Source: Trichoplax adhaerens
Lineage: Eukaryota > Animalia > Placozoa
Direction: 5' to 3'
DNA: 64,000 nt
Assembly: GCF_000150275.1 (NCBI RefSeq)
Contig: NW_002060944.1
Span: forward strand, 2,456,152 to 2,520,151
Under the pieces are notes generated by a model. That model was not told the origin of the DNA and did not search any database. It was given only the letters and a program-made list of their open reading frames with translations. Both the position numbers and the translations under genes were made by a program. Below are positions 13,711 to 26,400 of this stretch, piece by piece (the stretch's first letter is position 1; every line of letters starts with the position of its first letter).

Positions 13711-16700
13711 ATGACGCTGAATTCTTCCTCGTCCTGGAGCACCTTTCTTAAATCACTTGATGGCGGGGTAGTGTACATGGACAATTTGGCCGTAGAATAC
13801 TTCCATTGGTCCGGTCATGTGAAAGAGATCTTAATGCGGGGCAATGTCAGAGCTATCAAGGATTTAGACATGAATTCGGTCAGTATTTTGTATCGGTATT
13901 TAGTACTGTGGTACAGATGATCATGATAAATAAATAAATATAAATATTTCTGAATATATCATGGCATAATTTTATGAAGATATACACGTACAGTATATTT
14001 TATTAGGAAATATTTGGCATGAATAAGTGCCAAATGAGCATAAGTAATACTTATTAAGTATGACTAAAACTTCGTAGAATTTACTATATTCTCAGCACTT
14101 GATAATAATTGGGTTATAAGAAGTTTTTGCTATTTGATGTACTGTACTTCTAAACAGATTGATCCTCAAGCGAACAAGGCTATATTTTGCATTTGCGAAA
14201 CTTTAACTGGTACAAACATGGATAAAGTTAGACAAATTGTTGAATCGCATAATTTCAATCGAATCCTAGTATATTGTTCTGTACCGGAGTATTTGTATAA
14301 TGAGTCTGGTGAAGATGAAGGCATTTTTGCTTTCCTAGCTGAAGAATTAGAAAGGCGGATGGGCAAACCGGTATGTACAATAATTTCAATTGCGTTAGTG
14401 CTTATTAAATATACTCGCATATATATATATCGATATGTCTTGATTAAAATAATGGATATACTTTTACCGATAATTTTATACGCGTATGTATGTTAGGATA
14501 TTTTCAGTATAAGCTGACGCAAATCTTAAAGTAGCTGAATATGTAGTAAGGTCTATGATGAAAACTTATGAAAGAGATTTTATTCTCTTAAATCTTATAG
14601 ATGGCTATGGCTGAGATTATTTTCTTGCCAATGTTTCATACATACATCTTTTCCGACTTCTTTATAACACCTACATTCAGTACATTTTTCCCCTTGCTAC
14701 CAACAGATGCGAAACGATTAAATGAATTCTATAATAGTCAGGTTAGTCTATTTTCCGAGTCTTATCCGTAAAGGACATCCGATATTACTCTACAATTAAG
14801 TATATCATCTTAGCTAAAATAGCGAGTACTGTAATTTTTACTAATTTCGACAATATCACCTGTAACAACCACTTTTAGGGAGATAAAAGGAATATCCAAA
14901 GTCTCTCTGATATTACTTTAACACTATTGCCTCCTCCATTACAGGAAAGAATCAAGGTAAATAGTAATCAGTCCATGATTTCTGTTTAATTCTCTACATT
15001 AGCATCTACTTTCCATAATTCTTCGCTACTACTCAAATTATGTTATAAAATGTAATGACGAAGGCACTGAATATTTTAGGTATTTGCTGCACTTTTGGAT
15101 GGAATGTTTGATGAAATGTCTATAGCGGAAGATTGCTACTGTGTCGGAGCTACTAGTCGCTTTGTTGCTACTGAGCTTGCTAATTTACAAAGTCAAAGAA
15201 GCAAAAAAAAAGTAAATTACAGTTTCTTAAACCTTATTCTCCAGAAAAATTTCATTATGAAGATACAGATATATTAACAATATATAAATCGCACCTATAG
15301 ATTGCAAAACAAAAAGCATCAATTATATTAGTTGATAGAACACTCGACGTTGCTACTAGCGTTAACCATACATGCGAGACGCTCGGTAATAAAATTTTTG
15401 GTCTTCTACCAACACTTCCTGGTCATCATAGTGACGTAGCAGTCGAAATGAGCTGCTTATGTGCTCATGATAGGTATTTCTTTGTTTCGTTTATCGCAAC
15501 GTTAAAGTATTTCGTGAACTAATTTTTATTATATGACAGCTTTAATGCTGTACCTGGATGTTTAGCTCATGTAGATAGTCCAATTGGAAAAACGCTTTTG
15601 CAATCATTTTTAACAAAACGTAGTAAAGTTAGTCAATGCGTCTTTCTTACCATCAACATAGTAAGGTGCAATAACTGATATCTGATTCTTATACCGTAAC
15701 TCAGGAGTCCATAATGGAAGTCTCTCGCGCATTAGTCAGCGCCATTAGTGATGAAAGATTACCATTAGAAATTTCACCAAAAGCTGGGCAAATTACATCG
15801 GAAAAGTTACTGAATCTTGTAAAACTATTTAAGTATGTATACCCTAATATGAGATCTATATTTATTGCTCCTACAGTGATAAAATTTTGATATCATTAAT
15901 TGAATTATAAGATCTACAGTATTTACTTTACTATTAACTAAATCCATAGGGATAACTCAGTAGCATATTCTAAATATGCCGATTTGCTTCAATATGCAAT
16001 TGCGGTTACAAATGCGACTTCAATAGAAAAAAATAAATCGTGGGAGAAATTACTTGGAATAGAAAAGGTATAACGATTGCGTATACTTATAATGAAAACA
16101 GAATTACATTAAATGTTGTACAGGTGTGAACGATATCTCCCGCTATGAATAACAGCCCCTTTTAATATTTTAAAGATGCTAGCTTTACGCCTGTCCGATA
16201 CCTCAGATAGATCGGAAGCAATGTCTATTTTAAAAGATTTAGTTGAATTAAATGTGAAGAAGTTGAAGAGGTAAACATTAAAAAATCCTTTTAGAGCGTT
16301 TTGTTGCTGTATATGTAAGTGTTGTATACTGGTAGCTCACTATTAATTGGCGTCTTACTGCTCATTTAAGAGGCATATCGGTTGAGGATATCCTGCTATT
16401 AATTCTGTTCTCTTGCTCACTTGTCGGCGAAGAATTTTGTTTGAAATATTCCGAACTGGAGGTTTTCATACATATTGCACATATTCTTACCTGTTCATAG
16501 TTACTATAGTGCAACTAATGTGGATGCACATATCTTGACATAACATGATTGTTATACGTATAGTCTTTAGTTTTCAAAGTGGCTTTCGCAGACGAAAATC
16601 CCCATGAAAGTATACAATTATTTGGTAGGTTCTGCTGATACGTACTTATATAATCTTATGTGCTAAGGTCTATCATTTCTAACTTTTCTAACTGAAGAAC

Positions 16701-17571
16701 AACGAAATATTTTGATACTTTTTAGGAGAAGATGTATCAATTGAAAGCTTTAAGAGTTATATGAAGACTTTTCACAATAATGTTCTAGGCCTAAGTGAAG
16801 CACGCAGCCAATTGAGGCAGTTTAGGTAGAAGAAGAGAAATTATATAATAAATAAATCTGCTCATTAAATATCTTAAACGAATTTGTTACTCAGCTCGCA
16901 ATTTCAATGTATAGAGACCTTCTAAAAGTTGGTGGCCAACAGAACTTAAACTATCAGTCAATAAATAAGCAGGTAATATCCTCTAGTCTATTTTGTAACA
17001 GCGATGCAAAAGCCATAATTTGACTTTCATTATACTAGAAAATCACTTATATGCTTTTTCTAATATGTTCATATTAACAATTCATAATCCAGATATTAAA
17101 TGCTATATTCGATCCAAAGAAGGTTGAATTGATCGATGTTGAAAATAAGTCATCCGGACTACGAGATTTTATCAAAAGTGGTTTTAGGTAGTATTGAATG
17201 ATTACACTAATTCTTGAATGCGCTTATTGTTGATTAAACTATTTATAACTAATTACCAATTACTTAGTTTATTCATGAACGTAAGCAAGCCTAGGCCAAA
17301 TGATCATCCCTTATTGTTCTTATTTGTCATTGGTGGAATAACATGTGATGAATTAAAAAGTCTTAATGAGCTGGTGACTTCTCAGTATCCGAATATAAAG
17401 GTCTGTCACCATGAGCTACCAAGATGAATAGTATCTTATATTGATCATACAGCAATCTAGAATTCTTTCTGTTTTTATCACTCTTTTTAGGTTATCATTG
17501 GTAGCACCAGATTATTGAAACCGGACGATATTTGCATTCAAATTTTAAAGGAAGATAATCTCTTTATATGA
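13711..17571 (+). CDS. SCFD2: Sec1 family domain-containing protein 2, multi-exon
   Basis: N-terminal WSTFLKSLDGGVVYMDNLAVEYFHWSG, middle ASIILVDRTLDVA...LPTLPGHHSDVAVEM and C-terminal FMNVSKPRPNDHPLLFLFVIGGIT...VIIGSTRLLKP match recalled SCFD2. ATG at 13711, TGA at 17569-17571. Confidence 0.88.
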
Positions 17572-18701
17572 TAAAATTAAATTTGTACATATTTTCAATT
17601 TATTATATTATTTTAATGGTTATAGTAACTGTATGTCTTTTAAAATTTAACAATATCAAGTTCTTAAATAAACACGTTATGTTACTTTGTACTGTATGTA
17701 AAGATTAAAAGTTTTATTCAGAAGATAGAGCAAACTATTAAACTATAATATCAACAGATATACTAAAAACGACTAGTATTCATAATCAAAGGATATAGTA
17801 GTTAGTTGATCATATCGAAGAATTAAGGGCACTGTTAGGTAAGATAGTATTTTTTAGAAGTCATTGCTGAAAAATTTATGAAAGTGGTATCACCTGAATA
17901 ATACACCCTGTAAATAATTACGGTTATAATGTGTGATAAAGTGTCTTCTCAAAAATATAACAAGAACTACAATTTCTTGCAAGCTTCACTTTATTACATA
18001 AGATTATGTTCATCTCACTACTACCAAGGATTCAGTACATTCGTAAATATGATATAAGATGTTGGGAAATGTTTAAAATCCTGTTAATCGACAATTATAA
18101 TCTCTACTAATTAAAAATTTCCTAAAAAGGTTGTTGCTTGCTATACAATAGCACTTCTGACTTTTTATTTCTATTCTCATATGTATGGGGCTTTGTTACT
18201 GAGTCACATTTATTTACAATCTTAATAGACTATCAAACGCCCTTTCTTTAGATTAAGCGATTGCTCTTAAGTCATTTCTATAGTAATCTATATAAAACCT
18301 TGTAAAATAGTGAAGAAAAAAAGATGGCGACATCATGATCTGGTACGGTAAAACTTAAACATACTATCACTTTGTAGGTATTTTATATAGTAAAGTAATA
18401 ATGGATTCATACTAAAAGCTATAATGGACTCCGCTTTTAGTCCTTTACTACAATTTCATCTATTCAGGAATATAGATCGGTAGCCAGAATTAGAAACAAA
18501 GTGCACACTGTGCAGTGCACAATTGGTGCATCGCAATTGATGATTAAGCTAATTAACATTGTAATGATTTCAGCTAATAGTAGTGCAGTACTGTAGGGTG
18601 GCTAATACGATGAGACGGCGCACTTGTACTGTTTCTAGTATGAGACTGTATCACATTAGGGAATTACTCAATTTTGTTAATTCAAATTTTGGGTTACGTA
18701 A

Positions 18702-18795
18702 GTGAACCTACAGTAATTGCAGGAGACTATTACTCGGTCATTACAGTTATGTAGGTGAACCAACAGTAATAGCAGGAAAATATTACTCGGTCATT
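18702..18795 (+). repeat. Tandem duplication, two 41-bp copies with period 53
   Basis: gtgaacctacagtaattgcaggagactattactcggtcatt (18702-18742) versus gtgaaccaacagtaatagcaggaaaatattactcggtcatt (18755-18795); 4 mismatches. Confidence 0.85.
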
Positions 18796-20153
18796 TCAAA
18801 CATAACGAATAAAATTAAAAACATATATTACATATATATCGATTTAGCTTCTAGCATGGACAATAAAGACTGAAGACAGAGCTAAAACATCTACTGATAA
18901 AGAACTGAGTGATTGGAATTTGATTACTTGATCGAAAATAATTTCAGATTCTAATTTACCGGCATAGAAATGTGATGGATACAGCAAACTAGCAGAGCTA
19001 ATTTGTTATTCAATTTTAGATTATTCCGTACATTATATTATGTAAGTGTGAAATTTTCTGAAATACCATAACTGTACCAATTCAATTACGCGTATACGAA
19101 CGGAAGTATCTTAGTGCTATATCAAACTGTAGTAGCGTTGTGATATTCTAATAGATTATGTAGACCTAATATATATATTACACTATATGTCCGTATTAAT
19201 GAATTACAGGAATTATAAGGATATAGACAAATAGGAAAGTACCATTTTAAATAGATACATAGCTGACGGCAAAGGAACCTTTTTGATGTATACGCGTATG
19301 ATATATATATATACGTATAGTAGTTAATTATAGGTATTCGATAGATTTTGAAATTGTAATTAAGCTTAATTCTAGCAGAAGCTTAAGGTTTTAGTTGGGT
19401 TCATTTAACAACAATAACACTTCTCAGCTTAGATCTTCGCTAGTAATCTGATTGAGTGTAGTGATGAAATAAGGAGCCGTCTTTAGTCTACCTAATCACT
19501 TTGAGGATCAAGTCCAATAGACGGACCAAGTTTCTAGAATTCAATATGATTGACAGATATTGAGACTGCCGGTTCTGTCAAATACTTCAAGCAAGGCAGT
19601 CAACTTTACCTTTTACGTTAAACAAAATGAGTTTCCAATTTTAGTTCGTACACAGTTTTGATGTATGATTTAGTTTTCCATTGTGAAAACTAAAATGATA
19701 TAAGTGATAATCGTACGTACGAGAATATAGTCAGTCATACATTAAAGGAGGTACGTCTACAATCTTTCTTGACATTTGGAAGTACCCGCAATACTGTATT
19801 ATAACCGTGTAGAAATGTGTGGTCCATGCCAGTCATCAGTAAATTCTAATAGAAAATACCGTATGGAAATTTTCAGTCAAGGACTACTAGAAATTATGAA
19901 AAGGAATCTAGATTCCTTTTTCTAACAGTCCTTGATCCAACGTTGCGCTCGGACTCGAGAATTTTCCTTATTACCTCGTATACTGGTCATTGCGCAGACC
20001 GCGTTACAGTTCCCTGAATCTGCAGTAGCCCTAACTATTTTGCATAAATTACTTTATACACAAAATTGTTAGGGCTAATATGCAGCGCTAATACTATGCC
20101 TTATAAACGTAGAGATTTAACTACTGGACACTCAGTGGACAGTCCAATGGCGC

Positions 20154-20381
20154 GTACAGTACACCACAGTACATTATACTGTAGGGTACAGTATTCGGAT
20201 TTTGTGTACTGTACGCTCACGGTGCAGTCCTCTCTTCATGGTGTCTACTGTACAGTGTACTGTTCGAGTTTACAGTCCACGATTGTATATTTAATGCACA
20301 TGTGGGTGCTCAGGTTCAAGCAAATAGACCTAAAATTTAAAAATTTTTTATATTTCTATCACCAATACTTTGAGTACAGTA
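20154..20381. repeat. Degenerate TACAG/CTGTA-rich tract upstream of ATAT1
   Basis: gtacagtac, cagtacattatactgtag, tacagtatt, gtactgtac, tactgtacagtgtactg and gtacagtacc occur within about 120-340 bp of the ATAT1 ATG. Confidence 0.65.
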
Positions 20382-20497
20382 CCGAATGTCAAGAGAGAAG
20401 GTTTTTCTCAACAGGCAATCTTTGCTGTCATAACAACGGCAGGTTCAGTTTAAAAACCTGAGAGCTGTAACTGTTTCGGATTGGGTTAAGGTTGGAA

Positions 20498-23427
20498 ATG
20501 GAATTCGATTTTGATATTAGTCAGTCATTGCCAGACTTTATTACTAAAGTGGATAATACGCTCAATCCTTTTAATCGACAACTGGATGTTACCAGGTTAG
20601 TGACAAGAACTTTCGTCATTAACAGTCTAGTACTTCTTTGCAAGAGGTACGTTAATTGATTACAAGTTGAATGAATACGCTCTTACTATAAATTTACCGA
20701 AACAGTGTTGATTCACAATTCTGGTAGTAAATATTTTATAGTTCTATCAGCGTACGAGTATACTGGTATTGTAACAAGGAGATAGCAAAATGGCGATGAA
20801 TTCATGCGGTATTGACCATTTTAATTATATTTTACCACATTATAGCAGGAAGCGTTTGCAACAGAATTTAATCGTCATTATCGATCGTATGGGAATGGCA
20901 TCAGCGAAGGCAAGACTTCTCCGACGACTTACAGTATAGTAGATTAAAACATAACATCAATAAAGATCAGTAAAACTTTATTTTCATCAACTAATACATT
21001 AGTTTAGACAAATGCTTCATACACACGCGTATAATCATTTAAAATAAAACAGATGTATTAGTACCGTGAACGACGGATTGCAGCAGTTCAATAAGAGTTA
21101 TAGTATTTACAGTAGACTAGCAATTCATATTTTAATAAGACTGATACAAATTTGTTCAGAGTAAAATCTGCTCTAAATTAACGTTGAAATTCACAAATTT
21201 ATCACTCATTCTAGGCTCAGTCTCTGAAAGGAGCAATAACAACTGCAGCTAAGCTAGGAATATCTGATCATCGATTGTACATATTAAAGGAAACTGAAGT
21301 GAATAGGTTAACCAGCTATTATTGCGTGATTAAGGATTAAGATCCAATTGCTGCTTCAACATAATTGTTGGTATATCATTGGTTCATCCAATCAGTTTAC
21401 CAATACTATTTCATTTTATAGAGGGCTAGGGAAGGTAGTTGGTATATTAAAAGTTGGAAAAAAGAAGTTATTTGTTGTGGTAAGCTCCATGATAGGCTTA
21501 TGCGAGAAATAGGTCACACTGATAGTCCGTTAGCTGGAGAAATTACACGATCTAGTTTTTTTAATTACGAAATATTCGGTTTCGCAATCAATTTATACTG
21601 CTATCCCTAATGTAGGATTATACTGGAGCACAACACGAATGCCTCCCTTTATGCGTGCTCGATTTTTATGTTCATGAGTCACAACAACGGACTGGGAATG
21701 GAAAACTCCTTTTTGAATACATGCTTAAGGTAATCTATTTGCTAGGGTATCACTGCAAATAGCACACTACTACGAGGACCTTCTTATTTATTATATTTAT
21801 TATGATATGCTTTCCCATGCCTTTTTTAGGCTGAAAATGTAACCCCATCACACCTTGCAATTGATAGACCATCGTTTAAATTCCTATCATTTTTACAAAA
21901 GCATTATGGTTTAAGAGATACATTACCAAAGGTATGTTATTCTGTTCGTTTCTCATCAACCTTTTCTTTTACCTTAATGATAAATGAAATGCGTCTCCTT
22001 TTTTATATTTAGCAAGTTAATAATTTTGTCGTTTTCGAAGATTTATTTAATTTAATTAGGAAAAAGAAATCAGGTACATTTAATATGGATAGCTGATAAT
22101 ATGAATTAATATTTCGATGGATTACTTGCTATTCACTATGATACCATAATTTACAGATAAAAAACGAGTTTTAACTGTTTTATTGATTGCAAAGGCGGAA
22201 TTACGCAACATCAGCCTACTAGCTTGAAACCACCAATTCCTCCTACAGGGCGGCGATGTATGCACTTCCTAAATCTAACAATTTGGCAGACACGATAATA
22301 TACGCGTATATCATAAAAATATATCAGCATTTAATTTACAATTTATCCAATAATATTTTAAGCATTATATATGTGCAATAGATTTTAATAGACAAGAACA
22401 TACATGGCATCCTTCGACTTCTACAAACGCATTAAGTGGTACTTCTATTTAAACCATATTTCATAGTTGTTTATAAGTCATATTACCAATAGTTCATTTT
22501 ATCTGATCAAAATTTAAGGTTTAGGAAACACTTCCTTATTTACTGAAAAACCTCCAAAGAATCAAATATCATTGAGGTTAAGACACTTGAATATATTATG
22601 ACCAAAGGACTGTAAATGCGAGCGTATTTCTTATCTGATACTTTGTTCAGTGATTATGATTTAGAAACGTAGCGATCTTGTTGACGCTATGAAAGCAAAG
22701 ATCTTTGTTTACGAGTCTGCTCATAGTTTTTTCTTCATTGATAGTATGGAAATGCATGGAAATATCCAATCCAATGCGCTAGCCATAAATTCTAGACCTG
22801 ACCAAAACTCCGCAAATATAGGTCTATCAGCCCAAGCTAATATGTATAGTCGCTACGGTTCATCTTTGCCTAATATTTTCAACAAGTCTACTCAACGCAG
22901 AGATCATGGTAACCGTAACGATCGAATGAATTCAACACGATCTGCGCATTGCAAGATAAATTTTCAGAATTTTGAAAGAAAAGAGTAAGTATTAAAATGG
23001 TCATTCGTGATCATGTATGAATATGCTACATTGCTTGTATATCAAATACTGTACTAGTTATATCTGAATTTCCTCTTACAAATATAAAAGTTGAAGTCAT
23101 TTTAGTGCTATAGTAAATCGATTACATACCAGAGAGATTTTAGAGTGTAAATTTAAATGAGATTACGTTTGCAGATAATTAAAATATATGACTTAATAGA
23201 TTCGCGATAAGGATATAAAATGTTCATTATGTTCATTTTGCTTTAGAACCGATGTAAGTGGGACAAGAAACATTGGAAATCGCACCGCTCCTAGTAAATT
23301 AACTGGAACGGGTAATTATACTGTATCCTCAATATTGAATGAAAATTCTTATCTCAAGAATAATGATAGTTTTAAGAATCTATTCAACTATACTACTAAT
23401 TATGATAATTTTAAGAGAAACAGATGA
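20498..23427 (+). CDS. ATAT1: Alpha-tubulin N-acetyltransferase 1 (MEC-17); 3' end approximate
   Basis: Spliced: MEFDFDI...[11 protein letters not shown]|[14 protein letters not shown]...[14 protein letters not shown]|D...[28 protein letters not shown]|...[21 protein letters not shown]...[12 protein letters not shown]. Residues equivalent to human Q58, C120 and D157 are present. The low-complexity C-terminal exons and the stop are less certain. Confidence 0.92.
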
Positions 23428-26400
23428 AGACAATATTAAGTATTATGCTAAAATACTCAAATTGTTCGAGTTCTGGTTGATGTCTCTTTTTGTAAATACG
23501 CTTAGTTTCAAAATTTTGCATGTCAATGCATGTCATGTTGACACTAACTCTATACCACTATATATGTCGATCTTTAAAACTTTTTAGATTGAATGAAGAA
23601 CAAAGCCATAATTACTTTAAATAGAAATATTGTTATTAAGATTATGTTGATATACTGTATGACAAAGGATGCCACCGTCAGATTATTTTTGTAAAATTAA
23701 GATGGTATGCTATAGAAAATTACGTACTATTGAGCTAAATCTTGCTATTAATGGATTATTAATACGAACTTTTTGATTGAGTATAATATTTCTTATTTAC
23801 GATTTATCTGACGAAATGTTATTCTTATAATAATTCAAACCACTGTATTTAGCTTGAATTTTATTGACGTTATTAGTATCGAACTGCAAAAAGGTCATTG
23901 ACTGATACTGAGTAATTCCATAAAATCGGTCTATAAAAATCTACTGTGCATTTAAACCATTGTAAATTTTGCCAAATGAGAGTATACGTTTATATATATA
24001 TATTTATCGATTACAATTATTATAGATACATGAAATAAAATTTTATGTAAATCTTTAAGTAACATGGATTAATTATGGTGTTGCATACTAAAAATTGTAG
24101 TTAAGTTTGTTGAGGTATATTGCTTAACATATTGCTGTATCTACTGCAGAATTCATCGTAAGGGCAAGACGGCATGTGATTTAGATGATTATGTAGAAGC
24201 AACTACGTGAGAATACAATATAGCACGTTAGAATACAATGCTAGGAATAGTATGTAATTGCAAATATAAAATCAATATTGCATGATGTCATAAAAGTTAA
24301 TATATTGATGTACAGATTTTGGTATAAGCGAGGAGGATAGAGGCGATGCTAATATTGCCGAATAAATGGGGTTGATAGAGTGCAGATATTTTCAGGCTGA
24401 TGGATAACTTCAGCGGTTTATTGATCATTTTGCCAGCTTAGATTTGAGAGAGTTGTCTCTACCTTAACGAAGATATTGCCTTACCTAAGTTTTACTGCTT
24501 CATGCAATGTTAAATTCTCGAGCATTAATAGCAAATATTTTGAATACTTAATAGCATTTGATTTTATTTCGTAAATGAAACAAGTGTTTATTTCTAGATG
24601 ATTTATATTCATTTGTAGAAGTATATACATTTACTTCGTCCAAATTCTATATTATAATATTTCATATCGAAAGGATCGGTAATTGCATTAACTCGTTTAA
24701 TAGCATTATCGACAAAAGAAGATTTCTATTTTAGCTCTAATGGAAATACCAGATGCAATATGCGATCCCAGTGTTACACTTACCCTGTCCCTCAGGTTCA
24801 TTAATTTTTTAACATTTATTAAGCACGTTATTACAGCGTCGTAACCAGTGCTATTAAACTGCATTTTGCTATTCCTAAAGTGATTTCAGTTAATAATTTC
24901 GGGTAAAAGTAATATTTATTTCGTACATTAAAATGGTTGGTGTGCAGTTCTGAATAAAGTGGAAGCAGTAAAACAGGTGACAAACTACTGTCGTAAAGTA
25001 CCTCTCATCTGGATTTTAATTTCTCTCTTTCTGTAATCTATCCAAGTCATCTAATCATGCTTTATACACCTATGCTGTTTAGATCAGCTTCAAATAAACA
25101 TCTCCTGATACAGCAGGTATCTATCTTCATACAATTCGCACAAAGTCGGCTTAGTACCGTTTTTCTATATAAATCACTGAAACTCGCATAATAAATCATC
25201 CAACTCTAAGACAAAAATGTTACTTAACATCACTTCAATATAATAACCTATTAATCCTATTATAGCTAATAATTTTGCAGGCATTAACATAATCTATTGT
25301 CACTTCAATAGTAATGCATATTCTCATATAATTTCCATTACGACCTATCGATAGTGGTTCTCACATTTTAACATGTCTGATTTAACTAATTAGTTGACAA
25401 ATTTATTGATCCCATCTTAAATGTGGACTGTCTACACTACTGTACACATAGTTAAGCCTTTGCCGTGGATGCTAAGTACTGTTACTGTAATTCCCATATA
25501 AACTAAATTATAACATAATTTGTATTATCAATTACCGGTACAGAGCGTAGCTATACCTTCAATGACACAATGTACAATCAACTATAGTTTCTAGGACATA
25601 CTCTCCAAAAAACTCTGGCAATATAGGTATTCAAGTTAACCATTTCACGCTTGCTGGAAGGTACTCCACATCTTACAAATATGAGTGTTACTGTAGTACT
25701 ACGATACCAATTTATTAGCTACATTCGTATCGAGAGAGCAAAATACTGTCAATACAAAGTGAGTTCCATTAGTGCAATTTAAATTTCGTAAAATGTACTT
25801 GTACATGAAAGTAATTTTTATGTAATGGATAAATTTTCAAAAATGCAGAAATGAAACCAAACACGATAAAATTCTTATGATATTACTTTTAATTATGCAA
25901 TTAAGTCTTAGATAGCTTAATAAGTGGCATTATTAAATTTTGGGAAACTTCCTAGTGAGTATATGCCAAATCATCAGAAACTCAAATTCTGCACTAACTG
26001 CAGATTATACGGCAGATGACTAATCCTTTATGCAGAAAGTAAACTTAAATCAATAATTATGAGTCATCATTTAACAATGAAATGTAAGAGACATTAATTC
26101 TCACTAATATCATTAGTGATTTACAAATTTAGTTGATGTCATAGTATATTCGCAACATAAATAGACGATCATCCTTTTTAGTTGTTAGTGTAAACTGATT
26201 ATAAAATGCAATTATTTAATGCTACTAAGCTATTTATAGATTCTTTCCGATCTTTTCAGGTTATATGGCTGCAAAGTGACTGACAATAAAACTTCTTACC
26301 GGTGTTGATTATAAATAGCGGATTAGTTTCTTGCCATGGTTGTTCAAGGCTAATAATTGTAAGATTTATTATCAACATTAATTACATCAACTTAACTTGT

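Noticed and set aside
19440-20010. Possible divergent minus-strand gene sharing the ATAT1 promoter (ATG ACC AGT ATA CGA G|GTAATA)
   Set aside because: Downstream candidate exons hit stops in the required phase, and there is no recognisable product.
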